In this document: positions 39,501-48,602 of the stretch, in pieces
Position numbering within the stretch: position 1 is the stretch's first letter
Layout: each line of letters opens with the position of its first letter
NCBI GenBank assembly: GCA_046342615.1
Contig: JBKDPB010000206.1
Span: forward strand, 6,704 to 70,703
Direction of reading: 5' to 3'
Source: Planctomycetota bacterium
GTDB lineage: Bacteria > Planctomycetota > Planctomycetia > Pirellulales > Pirellulaceae
DNA: 64,000 nucleotides
Position numbers and translations under genes: made by a program
The notes under the pieces: model-generated
Told to the model about the DNA's origin: nothing
Seen by the model: only the letters and a program-made list of their open reading frames with translations
Databases searched by the model: none

Positions 39501-39619
39501 TGGCTGGAATGGCGATCGGAACGGCCTTTACGCTGTTCGTCGTCCCCGCCTTGTATTACGTCATCGCGGCCGATCACCATCGGTCCGGCGGGGGAGCGGG
39601 TGAAGCCGATTTCGCCTGA
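36539..39619 (+). CDS. RND efflux permease (AcrB/AcrD/AcrF family)
   Basis: GLVVDDAIVVVEN, KNGILIVEFAN, RLRPILMT. 1026 aa with a TTG start. Confidence 0.95.
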   Translation: MKSITDLFLRYPIIAMVLNLTIVLVGLRTIFLLPIQQFPKFESTSITIRTYYTGASAETIRGFLTVPIERAVSSIAGVDFVESSSTAGSSEVEIRLKFNHNSTQALTEVNARLQQIRRELPTDAESPSVFIERADRPTASMYLSFTSDEWDISQITDWLSRNIQPQLSTVDGIQRIGVEAGRLPAMRIWILPQRLSELNLTAGEVFSALQRNNFLAAIGRVKNQDSQVDLVTNTDLKSVEEFEELVVIQRPSGTIRLKDIARVELGAEEAGAVAMYKGRDAVYVSVWPLPGVNEIEVSRKLRAAMDDLRGTLPDHLKADVAFDATRFMEEALTEIGKTLFETILIVGVVVFLFVGSIRTALVPLIAMPVSLIGAALLMYIMGFSLNLLTILAIVLSVGLVVDDAIVVVENIQRHIQEGESRLRAAVLGSRELVGPIIAMTITLAVVYTPIGFQTGLTGMLFKEFAFSLAAAVIVSGFAAITLSPIMSAYLIPASGREGWLSRQTNRFFDWLKEYYGVAVEFAVRIRWALIAMTFMITLFAWPLYQQSGRELAPVEDQSSITIGIQAAPDASLNSTSEAISQLSSKLQSIPEVNYVWAVAFSSGGFGGIQTVDFHHRSRTTKKMLNDVYKQVADTTSIKAYPGLPSSLPGAGSSDVELIVKTDRSIEELGTQAGQIVTQGYASGKFRYVDTDLKIDLPQAIVEVDRMRVADLGMDLAAVGRELGVLLGGAYVNRFNYFNRNYQVIPQLEEQSRRDAMSLLDLKVRSPAPIGSGAESQMIPVSSFVAINPKVAPRSLQRFQQQNSFRLTASVGEGMTKADGMHELENIARSVMGQDAKIDYGGESRQIRNEGAAFGVTMSFAMILIYLTLTAQFQSFRDPLIVLLGSVPLAISSALAWTFTGWTTINIYSQVGLITLVGLVAKNGILIVEFANHLQAEGMTKGQAVVEAAKTRLRPILMTSAATVLGHFPLVLVVGPGAEARNSIGIILVAGMAIGTAFTLFVVPALYYVIAADHHRSGGGAGEADFA

Positions 39620-39787
39620 GAGCGGCAAAGTCGGCACCAACGCTACTTTCTGCCGTGAATCGGCCACGTCCTGGCCGGAAACTGCCTACAATCGCTCGGG
39701 TCGACGGGGTAAAATCAGGGAACTCGTCCTGCCGCTTTTTCATCCAAGTGCGATCGTTCCATCGCTTGATTTTCCTGGGAACTTGAA

Positions 39788-40522
39788 ATGGTACGCCGCC
39801 GGCTCCAATGCGAAAGACTCGAAGGCCGGCTTCTGTGCGCCTCCGACTGGCAAAATGCGGCGATGCCCATGGATGTCAACCAGTCCGGGACGGTCGAACC
39901 GATCGACGCCCTCATCCTCATCAACAACATCAACCAATCCGGGATGCGAACGCTCGGGGCCAAGCCCGTCGATTACCAAGGCCCCATGCTCGATACCAAC
40001 GGCGATGGCAGCCTGACCGCCATGGACGTCTTGTTGGTGATCAACACCTTCAATCATCCCCAAGTCGGGCAAGTCGCACCCTCCTTGAAACTGCCCAATC
40101 AAAATGGGGAAATGATCGACTTGGATCAGCTTCGTGGCCAAAGCGCCGTCGTGCTCTACTTCTATCCCAAGGACAATACGCCCGGCTGCACCATCGAAGC
40201 CCTCGACTTCAGCGATCGCAAGGAGCAGATCGAAGCCCTCGGTGCCAAGATTTACGGCGTCAGCCTGGACCCCGTCGATTCGAAAAAGCAATTCGCCGAT
40301 CAGCATCAATTGAGCTTCGATATTCTCGCCGACGTGGATCGACGGGTCACGACCTCGTACGGGGCACTGACCGAAACGGCGTCGGGAATGCCGATCGCCA
40401 AACGCACCACCTACATCATTGGCGCCGATGGAGTCATCAAGAAAATTTTCACGGACGTCAACGTGAACATTCATGGCGGTCAAGTCGTCGCGGCACTCGA
40501 GTCAGGAATCCATCTCTCGTGA
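39788..40522 (+). CDS. Planctomycete extracellular-motif + dockerin-like + BCP/PrxQ peroxiredoxin fusion
   Basis: RRRLQCERLEGRLL leader, DVNQSGTVEPIDAL and DTNGDGSLTAMDVL dockerin-like repeats, YFYPKDNTPGCTIEA active site. Confidence 0.82.
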   Translation: MVRRRLQCERLEGRLLCASDWQNAAMPMDVNQSGTVEPIDALILINNINQSGMRTLGAKPVDYQGPMLDTNGDGSLTAMDVLLVINTFNHPQVGQVAPSLKLPNQNGEMIDLDQLRGQSAVVLYFYPKDNTPGCTIEALDFSDRKEQIEALGAKIYGVSLDPVDSKKQFADQHQLSFDILADVDRRVTTSYGALTETASGMPIAKRTTYIIGADGVIKKIFTDVNVNIHGGQVVAALESGIHLS

Positions 40523-40584
40523 GCCGCGAATGGCGCTCCTCCGATTCCTCCGTCTAGCCCCGAACCGTTTTTGACTTTTTCCGC

Positions 40585-42207
40585 ATGACCTCCGATACAC
40601 GGCAATCCGATCCCCGAACCCGCTTCATGTGGTGCTTTATCGGGGTCGCGATCGCGGTGCGAGTCGGATTCTGGATCGCTACCGACCGCGTTTGGGAAGA
40701 TGCGCTGATCACGATTCGCCATGCGGAGAACGCTGCGCGCGGCAATGGTCTGACGCATCATCCGCTCCAAGGTCCTCCGGTCCATGGTTTCACCTCCCCG
40801 ATCAGTGTCTTGATTCCGTTGGCGGCCGAGTGCATCCAGCAGGGGGCAGCCTTGAACGTCCTGCGGGCCGTTTCGTTGATCGCTGCTGCTCTGACGATTG
40901 TGGTCGCCTACCGGATCGCGATCGAACCCGCCGTGGATCTTTCGCCGATCGCGACCTTCTTCCTCCTCGGTTTTCTCGCGGTCGAGTTCCATCAGGTCCT
41001 TTTTGGCATGGCGGGCATGGAAACGCAGTGCGTGGTGCTGATCAACCTGTTCGCGTTCTGGCGATTTTTGGCCGGGGGCGCGACATCCCTGGGGGTTGCC
41101 CTCTCGCTCGTCATGTGGGCTCGTCCCGATGGGATCGTCCTCGTCGCGGTATTGCTCCTCGGACTCTTGCTGCAACGACGGATCCTGCATGCGGTTGGGG
41201 TTGGGGCCCTCGCGTTGCTCTTGTTCGCCCCGTGGATCCTGTTCACCGAGATGTACTTCGGTTCGTATGTTCCGCATACGATTGTTGCGAAGAAGCTGAC
41301 CTTCTTTCGAACGTTTTCCGACGCGCCGGATACTTGGACGTATGTGAACCTGTGGGCTGCCGAGATCTGGCGTCGCATCAACTTTTTGCGATTGTGGTTT
41401 TCGCCGCTCTACGGCGGGACCGGTTCGGTCCTGAATTTTGTGCGAGGTGCCCGTCCGCTCCAGGGGCTCTATCTCGTCATTGCCCTCGTGGGATTTATCG
41501 ATGCTGTACGCAAACCTGCCCTGAGGGTTTTTCCGTTGTATGTGTTCGTGTTCGCAAGTTACCTCGTGATCATGATGATTCAACCAGCGTGGTGGTACAT
41601 CCTGCCATGGCTGGATATCGTCGCGATCCTCTTTGCCCTCGGTTTTGATCGAATCTACGAGTTCGTCGCCCGCAAGAAGCCTGTCCGCCTCCTCTACGCG
41701 ATCCCGGTGGGGTACGTCGCGGTGTATGCGTTTGCGACGTTCTGCGGAACGTTTGCCGAGCGCCACATTCAGCTCGGTATCGAGAACGCGTGCCGGGTCA
41801 GGATCGGCAAGTGGCTCCAGGAACATGTCCCTCCGGATGAGTGGGTCGCCTGCGAGTGCCTCGGTTATCTGGGAAGCTACTCCAATCGCCCGATTCTCGA
41901 TTACCCGGGATTATGCTCACCGAGATCGGTTCGCGCGATCGCGCAGATTCCTGAGCGCAAGCGGTCGCTGTTAGCCTTGATCGATCGCGAAAAACCCGAG
42001 TGGCTCGTGTTGCGTCCGGCGGAATGGGCGCAATTGGAACGCGAACATCCCGCGTCGTGGCGGGAATACGAGTTGGTCGAGCGTTTTTACGCCGATCGCG
42101 ATCACATCATCGCGATGGGGAAATGGATCTTCGCCGATGGTCTCGATTTAACCATCGACGAGGAATTTGTCGTCCTCAAGAGGGTTCCCGTCGGCGATCA
42201 GCCGTAA
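40585..42207 (+). CDS. Polytopic membrane protein, GT-C-like glycosyltransferase
   Basis: WEDALIT.RHAEN...G.GL....GFTSP, GMET and RPDG motifs with many TM helices. Confidence 0.65.
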   Translation: MTSDTRQSDPRTRFMWCFIGVAIAVRVGFWIATDRVWEDALITIRHAENAARGNGLTHHPLQGPPVHGFTSPISVLIPLAAECIQQGAALNVLRAVSLIAAALTIVVAYRIAIEPAVDLSPIATFFLLGFLAVEFHQVLFGMAGMETQCVVLINLFAFWRFLAGGATSLGVALSLVMWARPDGIVLVAVLLLGLLLQRRILHAVGVGALALLLFAPWILFTEMYFGSYVPHTIVAKKLTFFRTFSDAPDTWTYVNLWAAEIWRRINFLRLWFSPLYGGTGSVLNFVRGARPLQGLYLVIALVGFIDAVRKPALRVFPLYVFVFASYLVIMMIQPAWWYILPWLDIVAILFALGFDRIYEFVARKKPVRLLYAIPVGYVAVYAFATFCGTFAERHIQLGIENACRVRIGKWLQEHVPPDEWVACECLGYLGSYSNRPILDYPGLCSPRSVRAIAQIPERKRSLLALIDREKPEWLVLRPAEWAQLEREHPASWREYELVERFYADRDHIIAMGKWIFADGLDLTIDEEFVVLKRVPVGDQP

Positions 42208-42319
42208 CACGCACGGTGATCGCTGGTTCACCGTAGGATCGCACCCATCCTTATCGCGCGACGTTCCGCGATGGTTTTGAATCGCCCGTGCCGATCGAGG
42301 TCTTTCCGACAACTCGGCG

Positions 42320-43342
42320 TCACGGATCCAGTTCGGGGATCGCGTCGGCATTTGCGCGTGTTCCTAGAGCCCGCCACACGTGGGGTTGAATACTGCTGGT
42401 GATGCTTCGGACCGAGCCATCCATGCTCAGACCGCTGACGAGGCCTGCGTGGAAGCTCCGAGAGGTGATGATTCCGTAGGTGGGGAGCGTCGCAGAGAGC
42501 CCCTCGCGCGAGCTGCTGACATCGATGTCGTAGATTTTCATAGAAGGGGCGGTGTAAAGAATGCGGGTTTGGGGCACAAAGGTGGTTGTGAACCCGCAAT
42601 GGATCGCGCGTCCGCATACCCATTCCGTATGTCCCGCCGCAGCCGACCACGCTCCGCCGATGTAGGCCACAGAAACGTCCTCCGGACGAGAAGGAGGTGA
42701 AATCGGGATGGAGGGAACGTCGTGGAAGCGGGGCTGAAATGCCTTGACCTCCGCCATAGCCAGCGTATTGCTGAGTCCATCCACGAAGTGCGATGTGGAG
42801 AACCTCGCATTGGGCGCAAATGCTCCGCTGCCGCCTTGCTTGGTCACCGGGTCATAGATCAGATACTCCCCGAGGTTGAGAGCATAATTCAGCGGGTAGT
42901 GTTCCGGCTCCCCTGTGGTCGCATTGAGCCTGGCGCGATCCTCGACTTCGCTCGGGCACATCAACACGGGAACCCGCGTAGGGGCAACGCCAAAGGGGGG
43001 CAGCACGCCGCGATTGTCGGGATGGTGGTAGCCGACCGAAAAGTTGATCTGGTTGTAGATCGTGTTCCCCTCGACGTAGGGGAGCAGAAAGCTCTGGGCC
43101 GACCAGGGTTGATTGGAGGCCCCGCCGACCGCGTAGGTCGATGGGGGAAACCGCTTCATGGCGCTCTCGTAATTGTGAAGCGCCAGACCCAATTGCCGCA
43201 GCTTGTTCTGGCAACTCATCCGCCGCGCTGCCTCGCGCGCCGCTTGAACCGCCGGCAGGAGCAAGCCAATCAAGATGCCGATGATCGCAATCACCACCAG
43301 CAATTCCACCAAAGTAAACCCGTGGTTCCTAAAACGCTTCAT
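42320..43342 (-). CDS. DUF1559 prepilin-type N-terminal cleavage/methylation protein
   Basis: [40 protein letters not shown], and a C-terminal H-x9-DGSVR. Confidence 0.95.
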   Translation of the reverse strand: MKRFRNHGFTLVELLVVIAIIGILIGLLLPAVQAAREAARRMSCQNKLRQLGLALHNYESAMKRFPPSTYAVGGASNQPWSAQSFLLPYVEGNTIYNQINFSVGYHHPDNRGVLPPFGVAPTRVPVLMCPSEVEDRARLNATTGEPEHYPLNYALNLGEYLIYDPVTKQGGSGAFAPNARFSTSHFVDGLSNTLAMAEVKAFQPRFHDVPSIPISPPSRPEDVSVAYIGGAWSAAAGHTEWVCGRAIHCGFTTTFVPQTRILYTAPSMKIYDIDVSSSREGLSATLPTYGIITSRSFHAGLVSGLSMDGSVRSITSSIQPHVWRALGTRANADAIPELDP

Positions 43343-43501
43343 CTTGACTTCCTCAGTCGCATTCCATCGCACGCGTTCGGCCGTGCTCCCGTCCCCTCAA
43401 GCCACCGTGGCGAAGGGAATCGATCGAGTTGTGGCTGGCTGAGGAACTGCGCCCAAGGCGCCCAATCGCTTGCTGGAATTCTCGACACCGCATATTGTTA
43501 T

Positions 43502-43516
43502 TGAGACTCAGTCTCA
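43502..43516. promoter_or_regulatory. Fur-box-like 7-1-7 palindrome TGAGACT-C-AGTCTCA
   Basis: Perfect palindrome with AT-rich flanks, between the divergent hemP and DUF1559 genes. Confidence 0.65.
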
Positions 43517-43582
43517 TTACAATCCCTGTTTTCGAATGATCGCAGTAAATTGGCTGGGAAATGTGCTGGTGGGGGTACAGAG

Positions 43583-43798
43583 ATGGGATCGGAACGGCAG
43601 CCGGAAGAGGGGGAGGCGGGGGATCGTCGACGCAGCGAAGGGGCTTCCCCGCGCGCGGAACGGGTTGAACCGCGGCTTCCCAAAATCGTGCCGTTTCGCG
43701 AGTTATGCCGTTGTGGGGAGGAGATCTGGATCGAGAACGACGGCGAGCTCTATCGACTTCGCCGGACCCGGCAGGGGAAGCTGATTTTGACCAAGTAG
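43583..43798 (+). CDS. hemP: Hemin uptake protein HemP family
   Basis: EIWIENDGELYRLRRTRQGKLILTK terminal motif. Confidence 0.88.
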   Translation: MGSERQPEEGEAGDRRRSEGASPRAERVEPRLPKIVPFRELCRCGEEIWIENDGELYRLRRTRQGKLILTK

Positions 43799-43802
43799 CC
43801 CT

Positions 43803-45320
43803 TCATTCGCCGGTATCGGCTTGAATGGCGAGGGTTCGTTCGTCGGGATCGAGGGGTTCGTGCGACTGGATTTGTTTTTCGAGTACCGACAGGTCGGCTT
43901 CGGAGGGGTCCTTGCCGAGAGCCAGACGGTCCGCGATGCGTAGGCGAAGCGTCTCATGGTCCGCGTGGCAGTCGAGGATGTGGAAGGGGATACCTTGGTT
44001 CTGGGCCAATCGCAGCAGTCGAGTCCGTTGTGCCTTCTGGAGAAAGGTTGCATCAACAATAACGGGATAGCCCGTATCCAGAATGGTTTGGGCCAGTTGC
44101 TCGAGCCGTTCATAGGTCGCTTGGTTCGCGGAGGTGTCGTACTGCCCCGGTCCGAAGAGCCGCATGCGCTCGACGTCGGAACGGATGCGGATCCCGCGAT
44201 GCGACTTGATCCATCGCAACGACTGAGTGGATTTGCCGCTGCCGCTCAAGCCGTGGGTGATCCAGAGTTCGGTTGCCTGTTGGCTGGTGGCAAACTCGGT
44301 TGCTAATTGGGTGTAGCGTTCCAATTCCCGCAGCGAGGCTCGCATCGCCTGCGGATCGGATTCCTGTTGATGCTCCCGCATGGCAGCGACTTTCGCGCGG
44401 ACCATGGAGCGGTAAACGAGGTACCATCGCAGGACGTGCAGTCCGTCGTAGTCGCCGGTCGCTTCCAGGTACGCGTTGATCCAAAGGTGGGCCAGATCGG
44501 GACGGCCTCGAGCGTACAGGTCCATCATCAGGAATGCCGCATCGTCGATAACGTCGATGCGCGACAAATCGGGATTGAATTCGATACCGTCGAAGAGGAT
44601 CCATCGACCGGACCATTGCACGATGTTACCGCAGTGTAGATCACCGTGGCATTCGCGGACTCTGCCAGCGAGGAATCGTTCGAGGTTGGTTGCTGCGAGT
44701 TGTTCCCACGTGTCGCGTGTCCAGCATCGGAGCCATTCGATCTTGCGATCGATCGAAGGGTGGGGGTGTTCAGAGATCACATCGAGGTTGTCGATGGCAA
44801 AGTGGAGTGCGGTCTTGGAAAACGATTCGAACGACCCCTGGATCGCTGCGGCGTGCTGGTGAAAGCGGGCGGTGGTTGTTGCGAGATCGAGGATATCGGT
44901 ATCGGTGACTTGGCGATGGTCTAGTCGCTGGCTGAGGATTGCGTCATCCTCGAAACGGTGCATCTGCACCGCGTAATCGACGATGAGGCTGTCGCCATCG
45001 AGCGTTTGCGAGGAATGGACGACAAGTCGATCTCCTGTCTGGACGATCGGGACAACGCCCAGGTAGAGGTCGTCGGCGTAGCGGCGTCCGAGTCGAACCT
45101 CCTCTTCGCAAGCCTTTTTTCGTAGGGAGATGGAGCTGTAGTCGAGGAAGGATGTCTTGACGGGTTTCTTGAGTTTGTAGGCGAAGGGACCTGCGAGGTA
45201 GACGCGCGAGATATGGGTCTCGTGGACCTCGATCATTCCAGCGACCGGGTGGGGGTAATCCTCGGGACGGTCCATAGCGGGGTGAGTTATCTCTCGGGAA
45301 GCGGGGTGGTGACCTTGCAT
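43803..45320 (-). CDS. Bifunctional aminoglycoside-phosphotransferase-like / AAA_33 P-loop kinase protein
   Basis: ETHIS, YKLKKPV, RECHGDLH, FDGIEFN, GLSGSGKST, VDATFL. The ORF-track start at 45992 overlaps the upstream gene, so the real start is about 45320. Confidence 0.88.
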   Translation of the reverse strand: MQGHHPASREITHPAMDRPEDYPHPVAGMIEVHETHISRVYLAGPFAYKLKKPVKTSFLDYSSISLRKKACEEEVRLGRRYADDLYLGVVPIVQTGDRLVVHSSQTLDGDSLIVDYAVQMHRFEDDAILSQRLDHRQVTDTDILDLATTTARFHQHAAAIQGSFESFSKTALHFAIDNLDVISEHPHPSIDRKIEWLRCWTRDTWEQLAATNLERFLAGRVRECHGDLHCGNIVQWSGRWILFDGIEFNPDLSRIDVIDDAAFLMMDLYARGRPDLAHLWINAYLEATGDYDGLHVLRWYLVYRSMVRAKVAAMREHQQESDPQAMRASLRELERYTQLATEFATSQQATELWITHGLSGSGKSTQSLRWIKSHRGIRIRSDVERMRLFGPGQYDTSANQATYERLEQLAQTILDTGYPVIVDATFLQKAQRTRLLRLAQNQGIPFHILDCHADHETLRLRIADRLALGKDPSEADLSVLEKQIQSHEPLDPDERTLAIQADTGE

Positions 45321-45346
45321 TGCGTCCCGAACGGGGTTTGTCGTCT

Positions 45347-48300
45347 CTATTGCCGCGATTGGGGAGTGACTTTGAATCGAAGGACTTCCTCTTTGCGGCG
45401 GACGACAATATCGGTTTCCTGGCCGACTTTCAGGGCTTCGATGGCGTAGGTGTAGTCGTAGATATTCTCGACCTTGCGACCGGCCAGTTCGATGACGATA
45501 TACTTGGCTTGCACCCCGGCCTTGGCGGCGGGCCCGTCTTTCGAGACGCCTGACAGGAGCACCCCTTGGATGTCTCCTTGCGCGTAATCGGGGATGGACC
45601 CCAGGTAGGCGGTCATCGCGGCCCGGGTCCCCTGATTTTCTGGCGCTTTCTGTTCGGTGAACTCGGGAGCGGATTCGGAACTGGCGACGCTGCGGGTGAT
45701 CAAGCCCATGAGTTTGGCGATCTTTGCAGCCCCTTCGTAGTTCAGCAATTCCGGCGTATCGCGCGGGGTGTGGTATTCCGAATGCGAACCGGTGAAGGCC
45801 GACAGGATCGGTATTCCCTTCAAGTAGAACGAGCTGGCATCGGTTGGCAGATAGCTGTCGTTCTGCAGGGTCACGGGAAGTCCAACCACGGCGTTGCGGC
45901 GTTCGATTTCCCCTTTCCAGAACGGCGAGGACCCGATTCCTTGCAGCACCAATTGATCGCGCAACCGACCGACCATATCCAGATTCAGGCATGCTGCCAC
46001 GGTTGGGTACAATTTGTTCCCGTCGGTTTTGGGGAGGTTCGGATAAATATCATGGAAGTGGTCGACAAAGTAAGCGGATCCCAGGAGCCCCATCTCTTCG
46101 CCGGACCAAGCGGCGAACAGGATATCGTGATTGAGTTGAAGTTTGCCTTGTCGCTTCTGGAGAGCCAGGGACTGGGCGATCTCGAGCATGGCGGCAACGC
46201 CCGATGCATTGTCGTCGGCACCGCGATGGATTCCTTGGCGTTCTTCGTCGCGGGCCAAGCTCGATCCGCTTGCGCCGGCGCCCAAGTGATCGATGTGAGC
46301 TCCGACGATCACGATCGAGTTGGCGGGTTTGTCGCCGGCTCGCAGGATGCCTAGCACGTTGGTTCCGTGGCGTTTGACTTGTTGAAGATCGATGGTGGCG
46401 CGGACGCTGACATCGGGGAGCACGAAGCCCATCATCATTTCGCCACGATCGAGTTCGGATTGAAGGTCGGCGAGTTTCTCCTCGTTCTTTTCAAACCACT
46501 TTTCTGCGACGGCATCGGCGACGCTGATGGCAGCGATGCTCGAGCCGGAGAGGGAGCCATCGGTTTGCAGCGGGACCAGTTGTTGGCGCACGCCGCTCTT
46601 GGGTCCGCTGACCACGATGATCCCCTTCGCTCCGCGGTCTCGAGCTGCCATGGCTTTGTAGCGCAGAGAACTGTGCCGCGCCAGATGCTGCCTGCGTTCG
46701 GGAGAAACATCGCTGGGCATTTGGCGGAGGACCAGCACCCACTTGCCTTCCACATCCAAGTGGACATACGAGTCGTATTCCGGAAAGCCTTGATCCGCGG
46801 GAGCGACGATGCCATAACCAGCAAAGACCACTTCGCTCGGCTCGATACTCGTCGAGTTGGAGAAGACCAACGGTCGCCAGTCCTCGTCCAATCTCCACGT
46901 GGTGTCGCCCGATTGCAGCAGGTTGCTCGACAAAACGTCGACTCCCGCCGTATAGGGGAAGGGATGAAAGAACGGTCGGGCGGAGTCGGTGGAAATCGCG
47001 GCTTGAGCGCCGTTCGCGGAATCGGGAGGACCGGGTCGAGTTTGGGTGCCGGCCGGTTCGAGACCAAGCGATTCCATGTAGCTGGCAACGTAGGCCGTCG
47101 CGAGTTGTTCCCCCTGGGTGCCGGTTAATCGGCCTCCCAGTTCGGGGCGGCACAGGTAATCGACATGCCGACCGATATCGGAGGCTTTATAGTCTTGGTC
47201 GGTTGCAGCCGCGTTGGTTTTGGCGAGTCCGGAGGCTTCCGCAATGGCGGTTGCCTGGATCGGCGCTTCTTTGGGCTGACTGGGGGATCGGAGGTCCAAG
47301 GCTTTTCGGGCTGCGGCATCATTCCACTGGGCGATGAAGATCTGCGACTTCTTGTCGGCGGTTCGATTGCTGGTCCATGCCAGTTCCTTGCCATCGGGGG
47401 TGAAGACGGGCAGTCCGTCGAAGCCTTCGGTGGTGGTGACACGGACGGGTTCATGCGATCCTGCCGCATCCACCAGGTAGAGTTCGAAGTTTGCGAAACC
47501 TTGAAGGTTGGTTGCAAAGATCAGGTAGTCGCCGCTCGGGTGAAAGTATGGCGCCCAGCTCATGGCACCCAATCGCGTCAGCGCCTTGGCATCGGACCCA
47601 TCGAGATTGGCCGAAAAGATTTCGGCAGTCGCGCCGTCTTCGCTGAACCGTCGCCAGCAGATTCGTTTGCCGTCGGGCGAGAAGAAAGGGCCGCCGTCGT
47701 AGCCGAAGACATCGGTGATTTTGCGGACGTCGGATCCATCAGCTCGCATCATGTACAGATCCAGGGCGACCGATGGGTCGTTCGCGAAGAGGGTTTGTTC
47801 CCGCTCGCTCAACGGTTTGGCGTAAGCTTCGCGATTGGAAGTGAAGGCGATCCACTGACCGTCGGGACTGTAGGATCCTTCGGCATCATATCCCGAGATC
47901 TGCGAGAGGTTGGTGTATTGGCCTGTCGTGCGATTCCACTCGATCAGATCGAATTGGGGATCGTAGTCCCAGGCATAGCGGCGGGATTGACCGCTGGCGC
48001 GGAACGCCAACTCGTTGCGCTGTTTGGTGATCGCATCGGGATCTTGTTGGGTGGAAGCGAACAGAACGCGATCGCCGTCGGGATGGATCCAGGCGCAGGT
48101 GGTTTTTCCAAAACCGGGTGATACCCGCTCGATATCCCCGGTCTCACGGTCCATCCAATAGATTTGGTAGAACGGATTGGAGGGTTCCCGCTCGCTCTGG
48201 AAGACCATGTAGCGGCCATCGCGGCTGAAGTAGCCTTCGCCGGACCGAGCACCTTCATAGGTCAATTGCCGCACGCCCGACAGAAACGCGGACTCCTGGC

Positions 48301-48424
48301 CGGATGCGATCCCCACCGCGAGGGGGCTTACTCCGAGCGGGCCGACGCTGAGCGCCAATACCAAAACCAAGCGATTTGCGATGTCTTTCATGGGACGATC
48401 TTGCAACAGGGGCAACATTTTCAT
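45347..48424 (-). CDS. M28 family peptidase with TolB-like PD40 repeats, PA and PDZ domains
   Basis: GYDGGPFFSPDG repeats, VFAGYGI, GAHIDHLG, GADDNASG, SGEEMGLLGS, NLDMVGR, YHTP, C-terminal YLGSIPDY. Confidence 0.92.
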   Translation of the reverse strand: MKMLPLLQDRPMKDIANRLVLVLALSVGPLGVSPLAVGIASGQESAFLSGVRQLTYEGARSGEGYFSRDGRYMVFQSEREPSNPFYQIYWMDRETGDIERVSPGFGKTTCAWIHPDGDRVLFASTQQDPDAITKQRNELAFRASGQSRRYAWDYDPQFDLIEWNRTTGQYTNLSQISGYDAEGSYSPDGQWIAFTSNREAYAKPLSEREQTLFANDPSVALDLYMMRADGSDVRKITDVFGYDGGPFFSPDGKRICWRRFSEDGATAEIFSANLDGSDAKALTRLGAMSWAPYFHPSGDYLIFATNLQGFANFELYLVDAAGSHEPVRVTTTEGFDGLPVFTPDGKELAWTSNRTADKKSQIFIAQWNDAAARKALDLRSPSQPKEAPIQATAIAEASGLAKTNAAATDQDYKASDIGRHVDYLCRPELGGRLTGTQGEQLATAYVASYMESLGLEPAGTQTRPGPPDSANGAQAAISTDSARPFFHPFPYTAGVDVLSSNLLQSGDTTWRLDEDWRPLVFSNSTSIEPSEVVFAGYGIVAPADQGFPEYDSYVHLDVEGKWVLVLRQMPSDVSPERRQHLARHSSLRYKAMAARDRGAKGIIVVSGPKSGVRQQLVPLQTDGSLSGSSIAAISVADAVAEKWFEKNEEKLADLQSELDRGEMMMGFVLPDVSVRATIDLQQVKRHGTNVLGILRAGDKPANSIVIVGAHIDHLGAGASGSSLARDEERQGIHRGADDNASGVAAMLEIAQSLALQKRQGKLQLNHDILFAAWSGEEMGLLGSAYFVDHFHDIYPNLPKTDGNKLYPTVAACLNLDMVGRLRDQLVLQGIGSSPFWKGEIERRNAVVGLPVTLQNDSYLPTDASSFYLKGIPILSAFTGSHSEYHTPRDTPELLNYEGAAKIAKLMGLITRSVASSESAPEFTEQKAPENQGTRAAMTAYLGSIPDYAQGDIQGVLLSGVSKDGPAAKAGVQAKYIVIELAGRKVENIYDYTYAIEALKVGQETDIVVRRKEEVLRFKVTPQSRQ

Positions 48425-48602
48425 TCCTAGGACGGTGTGTCGGAAAGCTATTAGACAAAGCCGACCGCCGGTCGGCTAGCGCAATCGCCGCCCCAGTCCA
48501 ACCGGCGGAATCCCGCGATGGGCAACTGTAGAAAATTGTGATACACTTGCGGCACTTTTCCAGCAGTTTTGGGTATTTCGCCTTTTTCCACGGTTGGGCC
48601 CT

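Noticed and set aside
45321-45992. Apparent 224-aa N-terminal extension of the APH/AAA protein
   Set aside because: It overlaps the M28 peptidase 3' end in another frame and reads as Arg-rich nonsense, so the true start is about 45320.
48459-48477. Short palindrome AGCCGACC-GCC-GGTCGGCT in a divergent promoter region
   Set aside because: Single 8-bp GC-rich stem with no U-tract or second copy; it could arise by chance.
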